A stretch of 63,978 nt of DNA, the filler included, from Chloroflexota bacterium (GTDB taxonomy: Bacteria > Chloroflexota > Chloroflexia > QHBQ01): assembly GCA_043754535.1 (NCBI GenBank). It is 3 parts of 3 records of this genome, joined end to end, with 100 filler letters (N's around TTAATTAATTAA, not from the genome) between each part and the next. Parts side by side here need not be neighbours in the genome. Positions count along the whole stretch, not along the records: positions 28,358 to 55,819 come from JAYUUN010000107.1; 2 more parts are not named here. One strand, 5' to 3'. Shown here in pieces: positions 31,241-40,019 of this stretch. A program made the translations under genes and the position numbers. A model generated the notes under the pieces. The model had not been told where the DNA came from. It made no database searches and worked only from the letters and a program-made list of their open reading frames with translations. Each line of letters starts with the position of its first letter. Position 1 is the stretch's first letter.

Positions 31241-32620
31241 TCAAGCGAGTGCCTGCACCTGCTCAATCGGCTTCGCATGGCGGATTTCGTGGTTGGTCAC
31301 AGCGACGATGGCAGCGAGGAACAAGCACGCGCTGAGGATGGCGACTGTCACCTCTACCCCAGCCTGCTCAAGCATTACCCCGCCGATGGCCGCGCCGAAC
31401 GGCTGGCTGCCCCAGGCGATCAGCCGGATTGAACTGTTGACCCGCCCCTGCAACCGATCCGGGATCAGGGCCATGCGGTAGCTGAACTGGGTGATATTGT
31501 AGATTGGTGAGACCATGAACATCAGTGCGGCCACCACCCCAATCAGGATTGGGTGCGGTGCAAGCAGCAGCAACGGGAACATGATCGCCTGGACCCAGAT
31601 GGTGCCGCCGATCACTTGCCCAAAGCGGAACCGTTTTTGGATGAATCCGCCGAGGACAGCTCCTACGATGCCACCGACCGAAGCCACACTGAAGATTAGG
31701 CCAATGCCACCCTCGTTTGCTCCCAGTCGCTTCGCAAGGAGGATGATGATCAGCCCGTTGCTAGCATTGACAAAGTTGCTGCCGCCAGTCAGGAACGCTA
31801 TCGTACGGATTAGTGCGTGTGACCAAAGCCACGCCAGCCCCTCCTTAATCTCTGTGCTGAGGTTGCGCTGCTCCCCCGCCTTGCGCTCCTCCTGAAAGCG
31901 GGTGCGGATCAGCGACAGGCCGATGACCGAGGCCGAGTAACTGATAGCGTCGAAGATGAAGGGGAAGACGCGGCTGACCGATTGGTAGAAGAAGCCGCCA
32001 ACTGCGGGGCTGATCAACCCTACTATGCCGAACGCCGCCTCGTTCTGGGCCGTGGCTGCCGGGAGTTGCCGCTTGTCCACCACACGCGGGAGGGCGGCAG
32101 TTTCAGCGATGTTGAAGAAGACGAAGCACGAGCCTTCGATGAAGCTATTGACATATAGCTGCCAGACGGTCAGCCCATTGAAGTACAGCGCAAGCGGGAT
32201 CGTGGCGATGTTAATGGCCCGCACCGTGTCGCAGATGATCATCACCCGCTTGCGATCCCAGCGATCCATTAGCGCACCAACAGGGAGGCTGAAGATCACG
32301 TAAGGGACAAAGAACAGTGCGCCTGCAAAGCCTGCTGCCGCTGGTGAGTTGGTGATCGCCAGGATCAGCAGCGGCAGGACGAAGCCGCTCATGCCGCTGC
32401 CCAACGTCGAGATCACCTGGCCCGACCAGAGCAGCATATAGTCGCGGTTGAAGAACAGCGAGCGCAGCGGCGGCCCACTCTCCTCCTTCGCCAGTTCGAT
32501 TGCATCGCCCAGCCTGGCCGCGTTGCCGACCTCGACTGGGCTTGGCAAGGGGCCAGCCTGTAGCTCGTCCTCCAAATCCGCGACCCCGATGCTGCTTGGT
32601 TGCTTCTTCAACTCAGCCAC
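31241..32620 (-). CDS. MFS transporter (DHA3/MFS_3-like efflux)
   Basis: NRDYMLLWSGQ, G.LMDRWDRKRVM, 12 TM-like segments, LQGRVNS. Confidence 0.9.
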   Translation of the reverse strand: MAELKKQPSSIGVADLEDELQAGPLPSPVEVGNAARLGDAIELAKEESGPPLRSLFFNRDYMLLWSGQVISTLGSGMSGFVLPLLILAITNSPAAAGFAGALFFVPYVIFSLPVGALMDRWDRKRVMIICDTVRAINIATIPLALYFNGLTVWQLYVNSFIEGSCFVFFNIAETAALPRVVDKRQLPAATAQNEAAFGIVGLISPAVGGFFYQSVSRVFPFIFDAISYSASVIGLSLIRTRFQEERKAGEQRNLSTEIKEGLAWLWSHALIRTIAFLTGGSNFVNASNGLIIILLAKRLGANEGGIGLIFSVASVGGIVGAVLGGFIQKRFRFGQVIGGTIWVQAIMFPLLLLAPHPILIGVVAALMFMVSPIYNITQFSYRMALIPDRLQGRVNSSIRLIAWGSQPFGAAIGGVMLEQAGVEVTVAILSACLFLAAIVAVTNHEIRHAKPIEQVQALA

Positions 32621-32702
32621 AGCAAGCCTCCTCTGCTTAGAGCAATGTCTAACACATTATATACCGCCAGCCGCTTGTCCGCCTCATCCTCCAGACCGAT
32701 CT

Positions 32703-33320
32703 TTACTCCACTTGCTCCCCCTCTGCCAGCCCTGGCTCAAGCAGGCTGGGGCGGTTGGTGCGGTAGATGCCCGCGACGAAACCGTACTCCCTGTGACCCT
32801 GGCCCGGCTTGTTGCGTTGCTCGAACTCTTGCATCAGTGCCTGAAGTCGTGCGACGAACTCCACCGCTTCCTCCAGCGGGATGCGAGCGTGGTGGATGCC
32901 CATCGTACCGTCCTGCTTGCTGGGGTTGCCCTCATCAGGGTCAATCTCATTGAGAGCCTGTTGCAAGATGATCGCATTGCCAGTCTTGGGCTGCACTTCT
33001 GACGAATCTAGCTCAAACATCCGGGCGGTTGCACCATAATACTTCTCGGTGATTGCCCTCACCTGTCGCGTCCAGACGACCTTGATCAGCCCTGCTGCTA
33101 GCAACACCTTGAGATGGTGGTTGATCGTCCCCTTTGGCTGGCCGAGAACTTCGGCGATCTGGCTGGTTGTCGCCGCTTGCTCCCTGACCAGGCCAATAAT
33201 CCGCTGGCGGGTTGCATCACCAATGGCTTTGAACTGCTCTGGGCTGCGGAGCGGAAGCAGCTCATCCCGTTCGTAGTCCGTTAGTGTGGAACGTTCGGGG
33301 TTGTTGATATGGTCTGTCAT
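32703..33320 (-). CDS. ArsR/HTH_20-type winged-helix regulator
   Basis: KAIGDATRQRII, HHLKVL..AGLI, EKYY. Confidence 0.85.
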   Translation of the reverse strand: MTDHINNPERSTLTDYERDELLPLRSPEQFKAIGDATRQRIIGLVREQAATTSQIAEVLGQPKGTINHHLKVLLAAGLIKVVWTRQVRAITEKYYGATARMFELDSSEVQPKTGNAIILQQALNEIDPDEGNPSKQDGTMGIHHARIPLEEAVEFVARLQALMQEFEQRNKPGQGHREYGFVAGIYRTNRPSLLEPGLAEGEQVE

Positions 33321-33369
33321 ATATATATTATATGGCATTTCCAGACCATAGTCAGGTGGCTGCTGTTCC

Positions 33370-33579
33370 TCAACCAAGATTGGTCAGGCGTGGCGACTTC
33401 TGGTGGTAGGCAGCAAGCTGCTGGTCAATGCGCTGCTCGTGGGCAACGCGGGCAAGATGACTGGCCCGCTTCTCTGCTACGGTCGGTTGCGGGTCGTCGC
33501 CTGCGTGCCAAAGGCGCAAGCCCAACTGGAACTCAAGCCGCAAGCGGCGGCTGAAGGGGATGCTGATCTGCTTGACCAT
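33370..33579 (-). CDS. Small hypothetical protein (69 aa)
   Basis: Strong SD AAAGGAG before ATG; follows the DUF4097 gene. Confidence 0.55.
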   Translation of the reverse strand: MVKQISIPFSRRLRLEFQLGLRLWHAGDDPQPTVAEKRASHLARVAHEQRIDQQLAAYHQKSPRLTNLG

Positions 33580-33680
33580 CTTGTTGTCTCCTTTCACTAA
33601 CCTCACCTTGTTCGCCCCGCTAGTGGGGAGGGGAGCCGGGAGTTTCCCAGCCCACCTGCCCCACTCTGCGTGGCTAGGGG

Positions 33681-35402
33681 TCAACGCTCCAACTGGCTGA
33701 GCAGGCGCAGGGCTTCGTCTACGCTGATCTGCTTGTTCTCGACCGCCTGGAGGATGCTGGCCCTACTCTGTTCGCGGCTCTGACTGCCTGGCTCACTACT
33801 GCGCTGCTGCTCACGGTGACGGCGTTCCTGCTCACGGCTAGCCCGCTCCTGCTCACGGGTGGCGCGCTCCTGCTCGTGGGTCTGGCGGCGCAACTCATGT
33901 TCCTGCTGGCGAGCCTCACGTTCTTGCTGGCGGGCCTGCCGCTCGTCAGCACGTACCACAGTGTCTGCCTCGTCCGCACGCAGCGGGCGGGTGAAGTCCT
34001 GTTCGCTGATCTGCTGGCCGCTGGTGGTGGGGGTAGGCTGTGGCTTGCTGTCGCCCCGCTCGATGTTGAGGTCGCCACTGATCGTGCGGACGCGCAGGCG
34101 GGTTGCGCCCTGGCTGGCAGTGGTCGGGTCGCCGATCAGGAACTCCCAGCGGTTGCGACGGCGACGCTTGCCACCCTCTGTGCCTGGCCCACGTCGCCCG
34201 CCTGGGTACTCCCAGCGGAACCCAGGGACATCTACTTTGAGAGTGAAGTCATCGCTAGCCTCGTCATCATCGTCATCCTCCTTGCGCCCGCGTGGGTCAA
34301 CCTGCTGGTAGGGCAGGTCGCACTCGAAGTCACCGCTGATCGTGCGACCAGACATGGCGGCTGCAAACTCGCGCTGCACCTTCAGTTCAATGTCACCGCT
34401 CACGCTACGCATCTCGTACTTGCCAGGGTGGAGGAAGGCTTCAATCTCTGCATCACCGCTGGTAGTGCCGATGTAGAGGCCAGTCAGATTGCCGCGCCGC
34501 AGTTGCAGGTCGCCGCTGGTACTCTTGAGGCCAAGCTGTCCACTGATCCCCTCGATCTCGACATCACCAGTGATCGTCTGCACCACGACGTTGCCGCTGA
34601 TCCGTTCGGCTTCGATCTCGCCGCTAGCAGTGCCGAGATAGATTGCACCCTCGACCCCCTCTACCGAAATCTCGCCGCTCTGGGTGCTGAGATAGAGATC
34701 GCAGTTGCGCGGCACCGTCGCCTCAAAGTCGGCATGAAACCAGTTGCCCCCTATCTGCGTCACCGACTCGACGAGGTTGGCGATGTTGTCAAAGAAGTTG
34801 CCCCGCGTCATCTCGAAGGCTTCGCGGGCGCGGCGCACCTGCTTCTTCATGCGCTGGAGCGGCTCGACCTTGACCGTGAAATCACCGTCGGGGTTGTAAC
34901 TAACCTCGGCCACATCGGTCAGGTCTGCGTTGCGGTCGTCATCTACTGCTCGCACGCTGATGAAGTCCTGGTCGGCCCCGCGCACCTTGATGTTGCCACT
35001 GAAGTTGCTGATGCTCAGGCGCGGGGTGCGCGTGAGGCTGCCAGTTTGGAACTGGCGGCTACCGCGTGGGCCAGGTTCGCCGACCTGCTCCTGGTGCCTG
35101 TCCTTCAGCGACTCGCTCATCGGTGGCAGCGGTGGCACGGGCCTGATTGGTGAGACCGGTGGGATGGGCGACACTGGTGGGATGGGCGGCATCGGCGGTA
35201 TCGCGCCCATTGGGGGCATTGGCGGCAGCGGGGGCATTGGCGGCATTGGCTGGGTCATGTTGGACGGGTCGAACTTGGCCTTCTCCTGGGGTTGCTCGTC
35301 CTGATTCTGCTCGTTGTTCTGGTTTTCCACTGGGCTGTTCCTTTCTGTGGTTGGCTTGTAGGTTCGGTGTGGGTTATTTGCCGCTATTCGCTCGTCACTC
35401 AT
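33681..35402 (-). CDS. DUF4097 beta-strand repeat protein with Pro/Met-rich N-terminus, charged coiled coil and C-terminal SHOCT-like helix pair
   Basis: Repeated (T/S)xSGD(I/L/V) units; ILQAVENKQISVDEALRLL; alternative GTG start at 35330. Confidence 0.85.
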   Translation of the reverse strand: MSDERIAANNPHRTYKPTTERNSPVENQNNEQNQDEQPQEKAKFDPSNMTQPMPPMPPLPPMPPMGAIPPMPPIPPVSPIPPVSPIRPVPPLPPMSESLKDRHQEQVGEPGPRGSRQFQTGSLTRTPRLSISNFSGNIKVRGADQDFISVRAVDDDRNADLTDVAEVSYNPDGDFTVKVEPLQRMKKQVRRAREAFEMTRGNFFDNIANLVESVTQIGGNWFHADFEATVPRNCDLYLSTQSGEISVEGVEGAIYLGTASGEIEAERISGNVVVQTITGDVEIEGISGQLGLKSTSGDLQLRRGNLTGLYIGTTSGDAEIEAFLHPGKYEMRSVSGDIELKVQREFAAAMSGRTISGDFECDLPYQQVDPRGRKEDDDDDEASDDFTLKVDVPGFRWEYPGGRRGPGTEGGKRRRRNRWEFLIGDPTTASQGATRLRVRTISGDLNIERGDSKPQPTPTTSGQQISEQDFTRPLRADEADTVVRADERQARQQEREARQQEHELRRQTHEQERATREQERASREQERRHREQQRSSEPGSQSREQSRASILQAVENKQISVDEALRLLSQLER

Positions 35403-35799
35403 TGCCCTCCAAGAGGCGGAGAGCATCCTTTGCGCTCAGTTCGCCCTTGTTGAGCCGCGTCAGTACTTCCCGTCGCCGCTCGTCGTTGCTGACAGGGATG
35501 CGGCTGCTGTCATCGCTACCAGGGTCGCCACCGAGAGCCGCCACCACCTCGTTGAGGCGGGCCACGACGGTGGGGTAGGAGATATCCAGGGCCACTTCCA
35601 CATCCTTAATCTTGCCCTTGCAGCGGACAAAGGTCTCGATGAAGCTCCACTGCTGGGGATTGAGGTTGGTGAAGCTACCCCGTGTGAAGTGGCTCTCAAT
35701 CGTGGTCTCACAGTCGTTGCAGTTGATGCGTGCAATCTCGTAGTCGCCACCGCAGACTGGGCAGCTTGCTGGTAGCGGGTTCTGCTTGCTTTTCGCCAA
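35395..35799 (-). CDS. DUF2089 family protein (Zn ribbon + HTH + SHOCT-like)
   Basis: CPVCGG...C..C.T.I, ISYPTVVARL, GELSAKDAL. Confidence 0.9.
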   Translation of the reverse strand: MAKSKQNPLPASCPVCGGDYEIARINCNDCETTIESHFTRGSFTNLNPQQWSFIETFVRCKGKIKDVEVALDISYPTVVARLNEVVAALGGDPGSDDSSRIPVSNDERRREVLTRLNKGELSAKDALRLLEGNE

Positions 35800-35844
35800 T
35801 GCCTTAACTCCTCTCAGGTGTCATTTGATTATCTCGATGTGCCT

Positions 35845-35873
35845 ATCATAGCACACCACCTTAACTTTGTCAA
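35845..35873 (-). promoter_or_regulatory. Promoter TTGACA-N17-TATGAT (extended -10)
   Basis: Near-consensus hexamers upstream of DUF2089 gene. Confidence 0.6.
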
Positions 35874-35980
35874 TACCTAGCTTAAGAAAATCAATGGCAA
35901 TTTTGAAGATTGGACCGAATGTGGTTAGCAAGGGAGGTTTTAGGAGAGAAGGTGCTTGGTGGGGTTTAGGCACAGACGAC

Positions 35981-36012
35981 AAAAAGCACTGGCCGGTTGA
36001 ACCGATCAGTGC
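35981..36012 (-). terminator. Intrinsic terminator after tRNA-Val
   Basis: GCACTGATCGGT-TCA-ACCGGCCAGTGC followed by T5. Confidence 0.7.
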
Positions 36013-36029
36013 CTGGTACTACTATGGGG

Positions 36030-36103
36030 TGGGTTGTACTGGACTCGAACCAGTGACCTCCACGATGTCAACGTGGCGCTCTAACCAGCTGAGCTAACAG
36101 CCC
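36030..36103 (-). tRNA. tRNA-Val(GAC)
   Basis: Cloverleaf; CCACG-TTGACAT-CGTGG anticodon arm; GGTTCGAGTCC; C4.A69 mismatch; no encoded CCA. Confidence 0.93.
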
Positions 36104-36117
36104 ATGTCTGTGGCGAT

Positions 36118-36147
36118 ATTATAACCATAAACCGCCCTGCTTGTCAA
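36118..36147 (-). promoter_or_regulatory. tRNA-Val promoter TTGACA-N18-TATAAT
   Basis: Exact hexamers. Confidence 0.7.
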
Positions 36148-36611
36148 GCAGTTGGCTGCTTACCCTCGGCTTCCTGCTCTGCCTCAGTCTTCTGCTCGGC
36201 TAGCCACTGCTTGCTGGTGTTGGTGATCAGGCTGCGCGACCTGCCGATCATGGCTCGAATGCTCATGATGTAGCGGTTGCGCTCGTAGGGATCGCCGCTG
36301 GCATTGGCAGCCAGGCGCAGGAGGGCGGCCTCGGCAGTATCGGCATAGCTGAGGATGCTGAGGGCAGTGAAGCCGTTCGCCAGCCGCCCGCGCACCCCTT
36401 GCTCCACTGGCGCAAGGAAGATGTCTGGATCGTTCTGGCGCAGACTCTCGGCCAGGCCGCCCAGGTAGTGGATCGTGCGTTCGCGGATCGCCGCTACCTC
36501 GTCGCCGTCGTACAGCCCCCCAATGCTGGCGTGGGCCTCCACCGCGATATCCTGGGCCAACCCCTCTAGCGCATCGCTGATCAATTCAGCCAGCTTCTGT
36601 TCGGCAAGCAT
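36144..36611 (-). CDS. Hypothetical all-helical protein, possibly RsbRD-N/globin-like
   Basis: 155-aa ORF with SD AGGA; helical amphipathic pattern; fold guess is weak. Confidence 0.6.
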   Translation of the reverse strand: MLAEQKLAELISDALEGLAQDIAVEAHASIGGLYDGDEVAAIRERTIHYLGGLAESLRQNDPDIFLAPVEQGVRGRLANGFTALSILSYADTAEAALLRLAANASGDPYERNRYIMSIRAMIGRSRSLITNTSKQWLAEQKTEAEQEAEGKQPTA

Positions 36612-36744
36612 GATGTTACTTCCTAATGCTATGCTAGCTACCAGTCAGCCCACTTTCAGCGACTGGCTTACCGCTCTTTGTTCCAGTGGGGATAGTTGTG
36701 TTATTATAAGCCAACTATTCAGGGAAAGCAAGGGGGGTAGGCTG

Positions 36745-37497
36745 ATGGCAAAGAAGGGGTCAGTGCATTTCGATCTGCTAGAGTTGTTCAAGGGGGAGAC
36801 CTGCCCAGTCTGTCGCCTAGCCAGCCGCCACGTTGCCCGCTATCTAGACACGATCTCCTACGAGGCGGTCAATGACATTCAGACCCGCGACAAGCTGCGC
36901 GCTGCTCTGGGCTTCTGCCCCACCCACGCCTGGCACTGGCTTAACCTGCACAACGCTCTCGGCACTGCGATCATCTACAAGGACGTGTTGACCGAACTGA
37001 TCCGCCGCTTGGACAGCCTCAGCCCGCCAAAGGTCGGCGGCTTCTTCGCCGCACGGGGCCGCAAGAACGAGCCGGACATTGGTCTCTCGCCCAGTGGCCC
37101 TTGCCCCGCCTGTGAGGTGCGCGACGAGTCTTTTGAGCGTAGCCTGGACACCTTCACTAGCCTGCTGGGTGACAGCGAGTTCGTCGAGGAGTACCAGAAA
37201 AGTCGGGCTGGTCTCTGCCTCAGCCACCTGCGCGCCGTCCTCAGCCACAGCCACGAGCCGCAGTTCAGCCGCCTGGTAGCGATTGAGAAGGCGCGCTTGG
37301 AGTTCACCGTCGGCCAATTGGACGAACTAATCCGCAAGTACGACTACCGCTTCCGCGAGGAGGCGGTGGGCGACGAGGCTGGCGCACCAACCCGTGCCGT
37401 CAAGCGGCTGGCGGGCATGGAGAAGCTGTTAGCTCCTGCCACTCCGCTGGCAAAAGCAGATTGGGCGCAACGAATCAGCCGCGGCTGCGTATTATAA
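36745..37497 (+). CDS. DUF6062-like Cys/His-rich protein
   Basis: Duplicated CPxC...G(F/L)CxxH units; ELIRKYDYRF. Confidence 0.75.
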   Translation: MAKKGSVHFDLLELFKGETCPVCRLASRHVARYLDTISYEAVNDIQTRDKLRAALGFCPTHAWHWLNLHNALGTAIIYKDVLTELIRRLDSLSPPKVGGFFAARGRKNEPDIGLSPSGPCPACEVRDESFERSLDTFTSLLGDSEFVEEYQKSRAGLCLSHLRAVLSHSHEPQFSRLVAIEKARLEFTVGQLDELIRKYDYRFREEAVGDEAGAPTRAVKRLAGMEKLLAPATPLAKADWAQRISRGCVL

Positions 37498-37576
37498 AGG
37501 GAGTTATGCTATAATAGGCCCGCAGGCGGCATGGCCTGCCCCCAGCTTTAGCCGCTCGTTTGGAGGAGAACAACCG

Positions 37577-38569
37577 ATGCCCCTGCGCCTGCGCCCCATC
37601 CTTAGCCACCTCGCCCTCCTGCTGGTCGTTGCTGCCTACCTTCTCAGCTTCGCTAGCTCTAGCTATGCCCAGACCAACACCGAGGTCAACGCCGACGTAG
37701 TGCGTGGCTTGACCAACGGCAACGCCTACGTCTCGCCCGGTAGTGCCGCCCTGATCAAGGATAGCAGCAACCCTCTGGGCGATCTGCAAAAGATCAGCAG
37801 CGACCTCAAGGGCAAGGGTTACACCGTCAAGATCGCCATCCTGGACAGTGCCAGTAACATCAGTGGCGGTAAATACAAAGACGCTACTACCTACGCTGAC
37901 TATTTGCAGAGCTACATGGGGCTGGGCAAAGAGCCAGTGATCGTCCTCGACACGCGGGTGAGCCGCGTAGCCGTGCGCTCCAACAAGCTTAGTATCGATG
38001 AAGCCCAGCAGATCACTGATGCAGCCCGCGCCACGATCAGCGCACAGGGCTACATGGCTGGAGTGCGGAAGATCGCCAATGACACGGTGCAGAAGCTCAA
38101 CGACAAGGACAGCAGCAGCCGCAACACCACGGTTGTGATCATCATCGTGGTGATCGCCGCGATCTTGCTCGCTGCCTTCCTGACCATTGGCAACCTCAAC
38201 CGCAAGTGGGCTGACCGCCAAGCAAAGGCGCGTAGCCTCAGCCAGCAGCTAACCACCCAGGTGCTGGACATCAGCGACAAGATCAGTTTCCTGCGGGTAC
38301 AGAGTGCCAGCCTTGGTGAACAGGCCCAACAGTCGCTCAACGCGGGCAACCAGTCGCTCTCTACCGCCAACCAGCAACTCAGTACCCTCAAGTCGCCTGG
38401 CTTCCTGCCCCTTGCCTTCCAGTACGGCAACCTTGATCACCAACTTAGTGATGTGGAGAACCTGTTGGAGGACGCGAACAGCAACATCGGCAATGCCCAG
38501 CGCATCCTGGACGCGAACTGGTCGAGCGACACTAGCAAAGGGGAGACGGCGCGTGCGCGTAACCTCTAG
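37577..38569 (+). CDS. Signal peptide + TPM-like domain + TM + cytoplasmic coiled coil
   Basis: SD GGAGGAG; alpha/beta extracellular domain ending GYMAGV; single TM. Confidence 0.65.
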   Translation: MPLRLRPILSHLALLLVVAAYLLSFASSSYAQTNTEVNADVVRGLTNGNAYVSPGSAALIKDSSNPLGDLQKISSDLKGKGYTVKIAILDSASNISGGKYKDATTYADYLQSYMGLGKEPVIVLDTRVSRVAVRSNKLSIDEAQQITDAARATISAQGYMAGVRKIANDTVQKLNDKDSSSRNTTVVIIIVVIAAILLAAFLTIGNLNRKWADRQAKARSLSQQLTTQVLDISDKISFLRVQSASLGEQAQQSLNAGNQSLSTANQQLSTLKSPGFLPLAFQYGNLDHQLSDVENLLEDANSNIGNAQRILDANWSSDTSKGETARARNL

Positions 38570-39785
38570 CCAGTCAGCCACCCTGCGCCTGCTAGCCCTG
38601 CTGCTGCTAGCTGTGATGCTGCTCGCTGGGCAACCGGCGGCGGCAACCAGCGACGTGCAGGTGATCAACAAGGGCAACCCCTTGAGCAGCGACGAGGTGA
38701 GCCGCATCACCGCCGCCGCCCAGCGATTGCCAATCCCGGTGATCGTCTATGTCAGCAACGACTTCAGCGGGGCGAAGGTAGACTTCAGTCGCATCATCGC
38801 CAAGTATGTGACCCAGAACAACGTGGTGGTCGGCATCAACCTGCTCAAGCGCAGCGACAGCGAGAACTACCGCTATCGGCTAGTAGGGGCTGGGCCAAAG
38901 AGCGGCCTCAGTACGACCGAGATTAACGCAGCCCAGGACGCAGGGGATCGCTACCTGCGGGCTAGCGGTGGCCCCCAGGCAAGCGACGCGGTGCTAGCCA
39001 TCCTCACCTCTGTTGGCGGTTCACTCAGCGGCAGCGGTGGCGTGACCAACCCCGATACGGTGGACAACACTACAGCACCCGCGCCCAGTGGTGGCGGCCT
39101 CAACTGGGGCTTGATTATAACAGTACTGCTGGTGGCGGCTCTCTTGTTCTTCCTTGTTCGCTGGCTAATCGCTCGGCGGCAGACCAGGGTACAGGCAGAG
39201 CAGGGTGCGGGCTATTCTGCTCAGGGCAAGGATGTAGACGAGGAGCAGCGGCGGCGCAGAGGCGACGGCTACGATCCCTCCTACGGCGGCGGTGGGGTCG
39301 GCCCCTTCATCTGGCTAGGCGGTCCCAGCTATGGTGGCGGCAACTATGGTGGCGATGGTGGCGGCAACTACAGCGGTGGCACGACCATAACTCCGCCTGC
39401 CAACGTTGGTGGTAGCAGCTTCGACGCACCCGGCGGCAATGGCGGCGATGTGATGGCTGGAGTTCTCCAGGGGGGGCGCAGTGATGGTGGTAGCGACAGC
39501 AGGGGCGGCAGCAGCTTCGACGCACCCTCTGGCAGTGGCGGCAATGCGCTGTCGGGCAACATCAGCAGCGCAGGTACCTTCGCTGGCATCGCTGGGGCCA
39601 GTGCAGCCAGCGGCGGCAGCAGCTTTGACGCGGCCAGCGTCGCTGGGGGTGCAGCCAGTAGCGTAGGTGGCGCAGCCGCAGGTCAGGCAGCGGGCGCAAT
39701 CGCCGAGGTTGCGATCAACATCCTGGGCGGCATCGTCGGTGCGATCTTCTCTAGCGGCAGCAGCGGCAGCGGCCCGGACTTCTAG
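38553..39785 (+). CDS. TPM-like membrane protein with Gly/Ser-rich tail
   Basis: GTG start after GGGGAG; signal peptide; TM; three GGSSFDA(P/A) repeats; ends GPDF. Confidence 0.7.
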   Translation: MRVTSSQSATLRLLALLLLAVMLLAGQPAAATSDVQVINKGNPLSSDEVSRITAAAQRLPIPVIVYVSNDFSGAKVDFSRIIAKYVTQNNVVVGINLLKRSDSENYRYRLVGAGPKSGLSTTEINAAQDAGDRYLRASGGPQASDAVLAILTSVGGSLSGSGGVTNPDTVDNTTAPAPSGGGLNWGLIITVLLVAALLFFLVRWLIARRQTRVQAEQGAGYSAQGKDVDEEQRRRRGDGYDPSYGGGGVGPFIWLGGPSYGGGNYGGDGGGNYSGGTTITPPANVGGSSFDAPGGNGGDVMAGVLQGGRSDGGSDSRGGSSFDAPSGSGGNALSGNISSAGTFAGIAGASAASGGSSFDAASVAGGAASSVGGAAAGQAAGAIAEVAINILGGIVGAIFSSGSSGSGPDF

Positions 39786-39802
39786 ACGCACGGAGGTAGC
39801 AA

Positions 39803-40010
39803 ATGCAGTCTCACCTTCCCCGCTCCCGAACCTTGCCACCTCAGCCCGCAGTGGGTTGGACTTCGGCCAGTTCTTCATCTACAGTGCGTTGGGCGCAATG
39901 GTGATCATACTCGCCATCCTGGTCTTCCTTAGCTTGGGCCGCAACAGCAGGCGGCGGAGAACCCAGCCACCGACCGCGACAGTGACAGCCGCAATTAGCG
40001 AGCAAAGAGG
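39803..40010 (+). pseudogene. Possible frameshifted relic or small membrane-protein gene
   Basis: GGAGG + ATG at 39803 opens 33 codons; the adjacent frame encodes SGLDFGQFFIYSALGAMVIILAILVFLSLGRNSRRRR, similar to the neighbours' TM segments. Confidence 0.4.
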
Positions 40011-40019
40011 AGAGCAACA

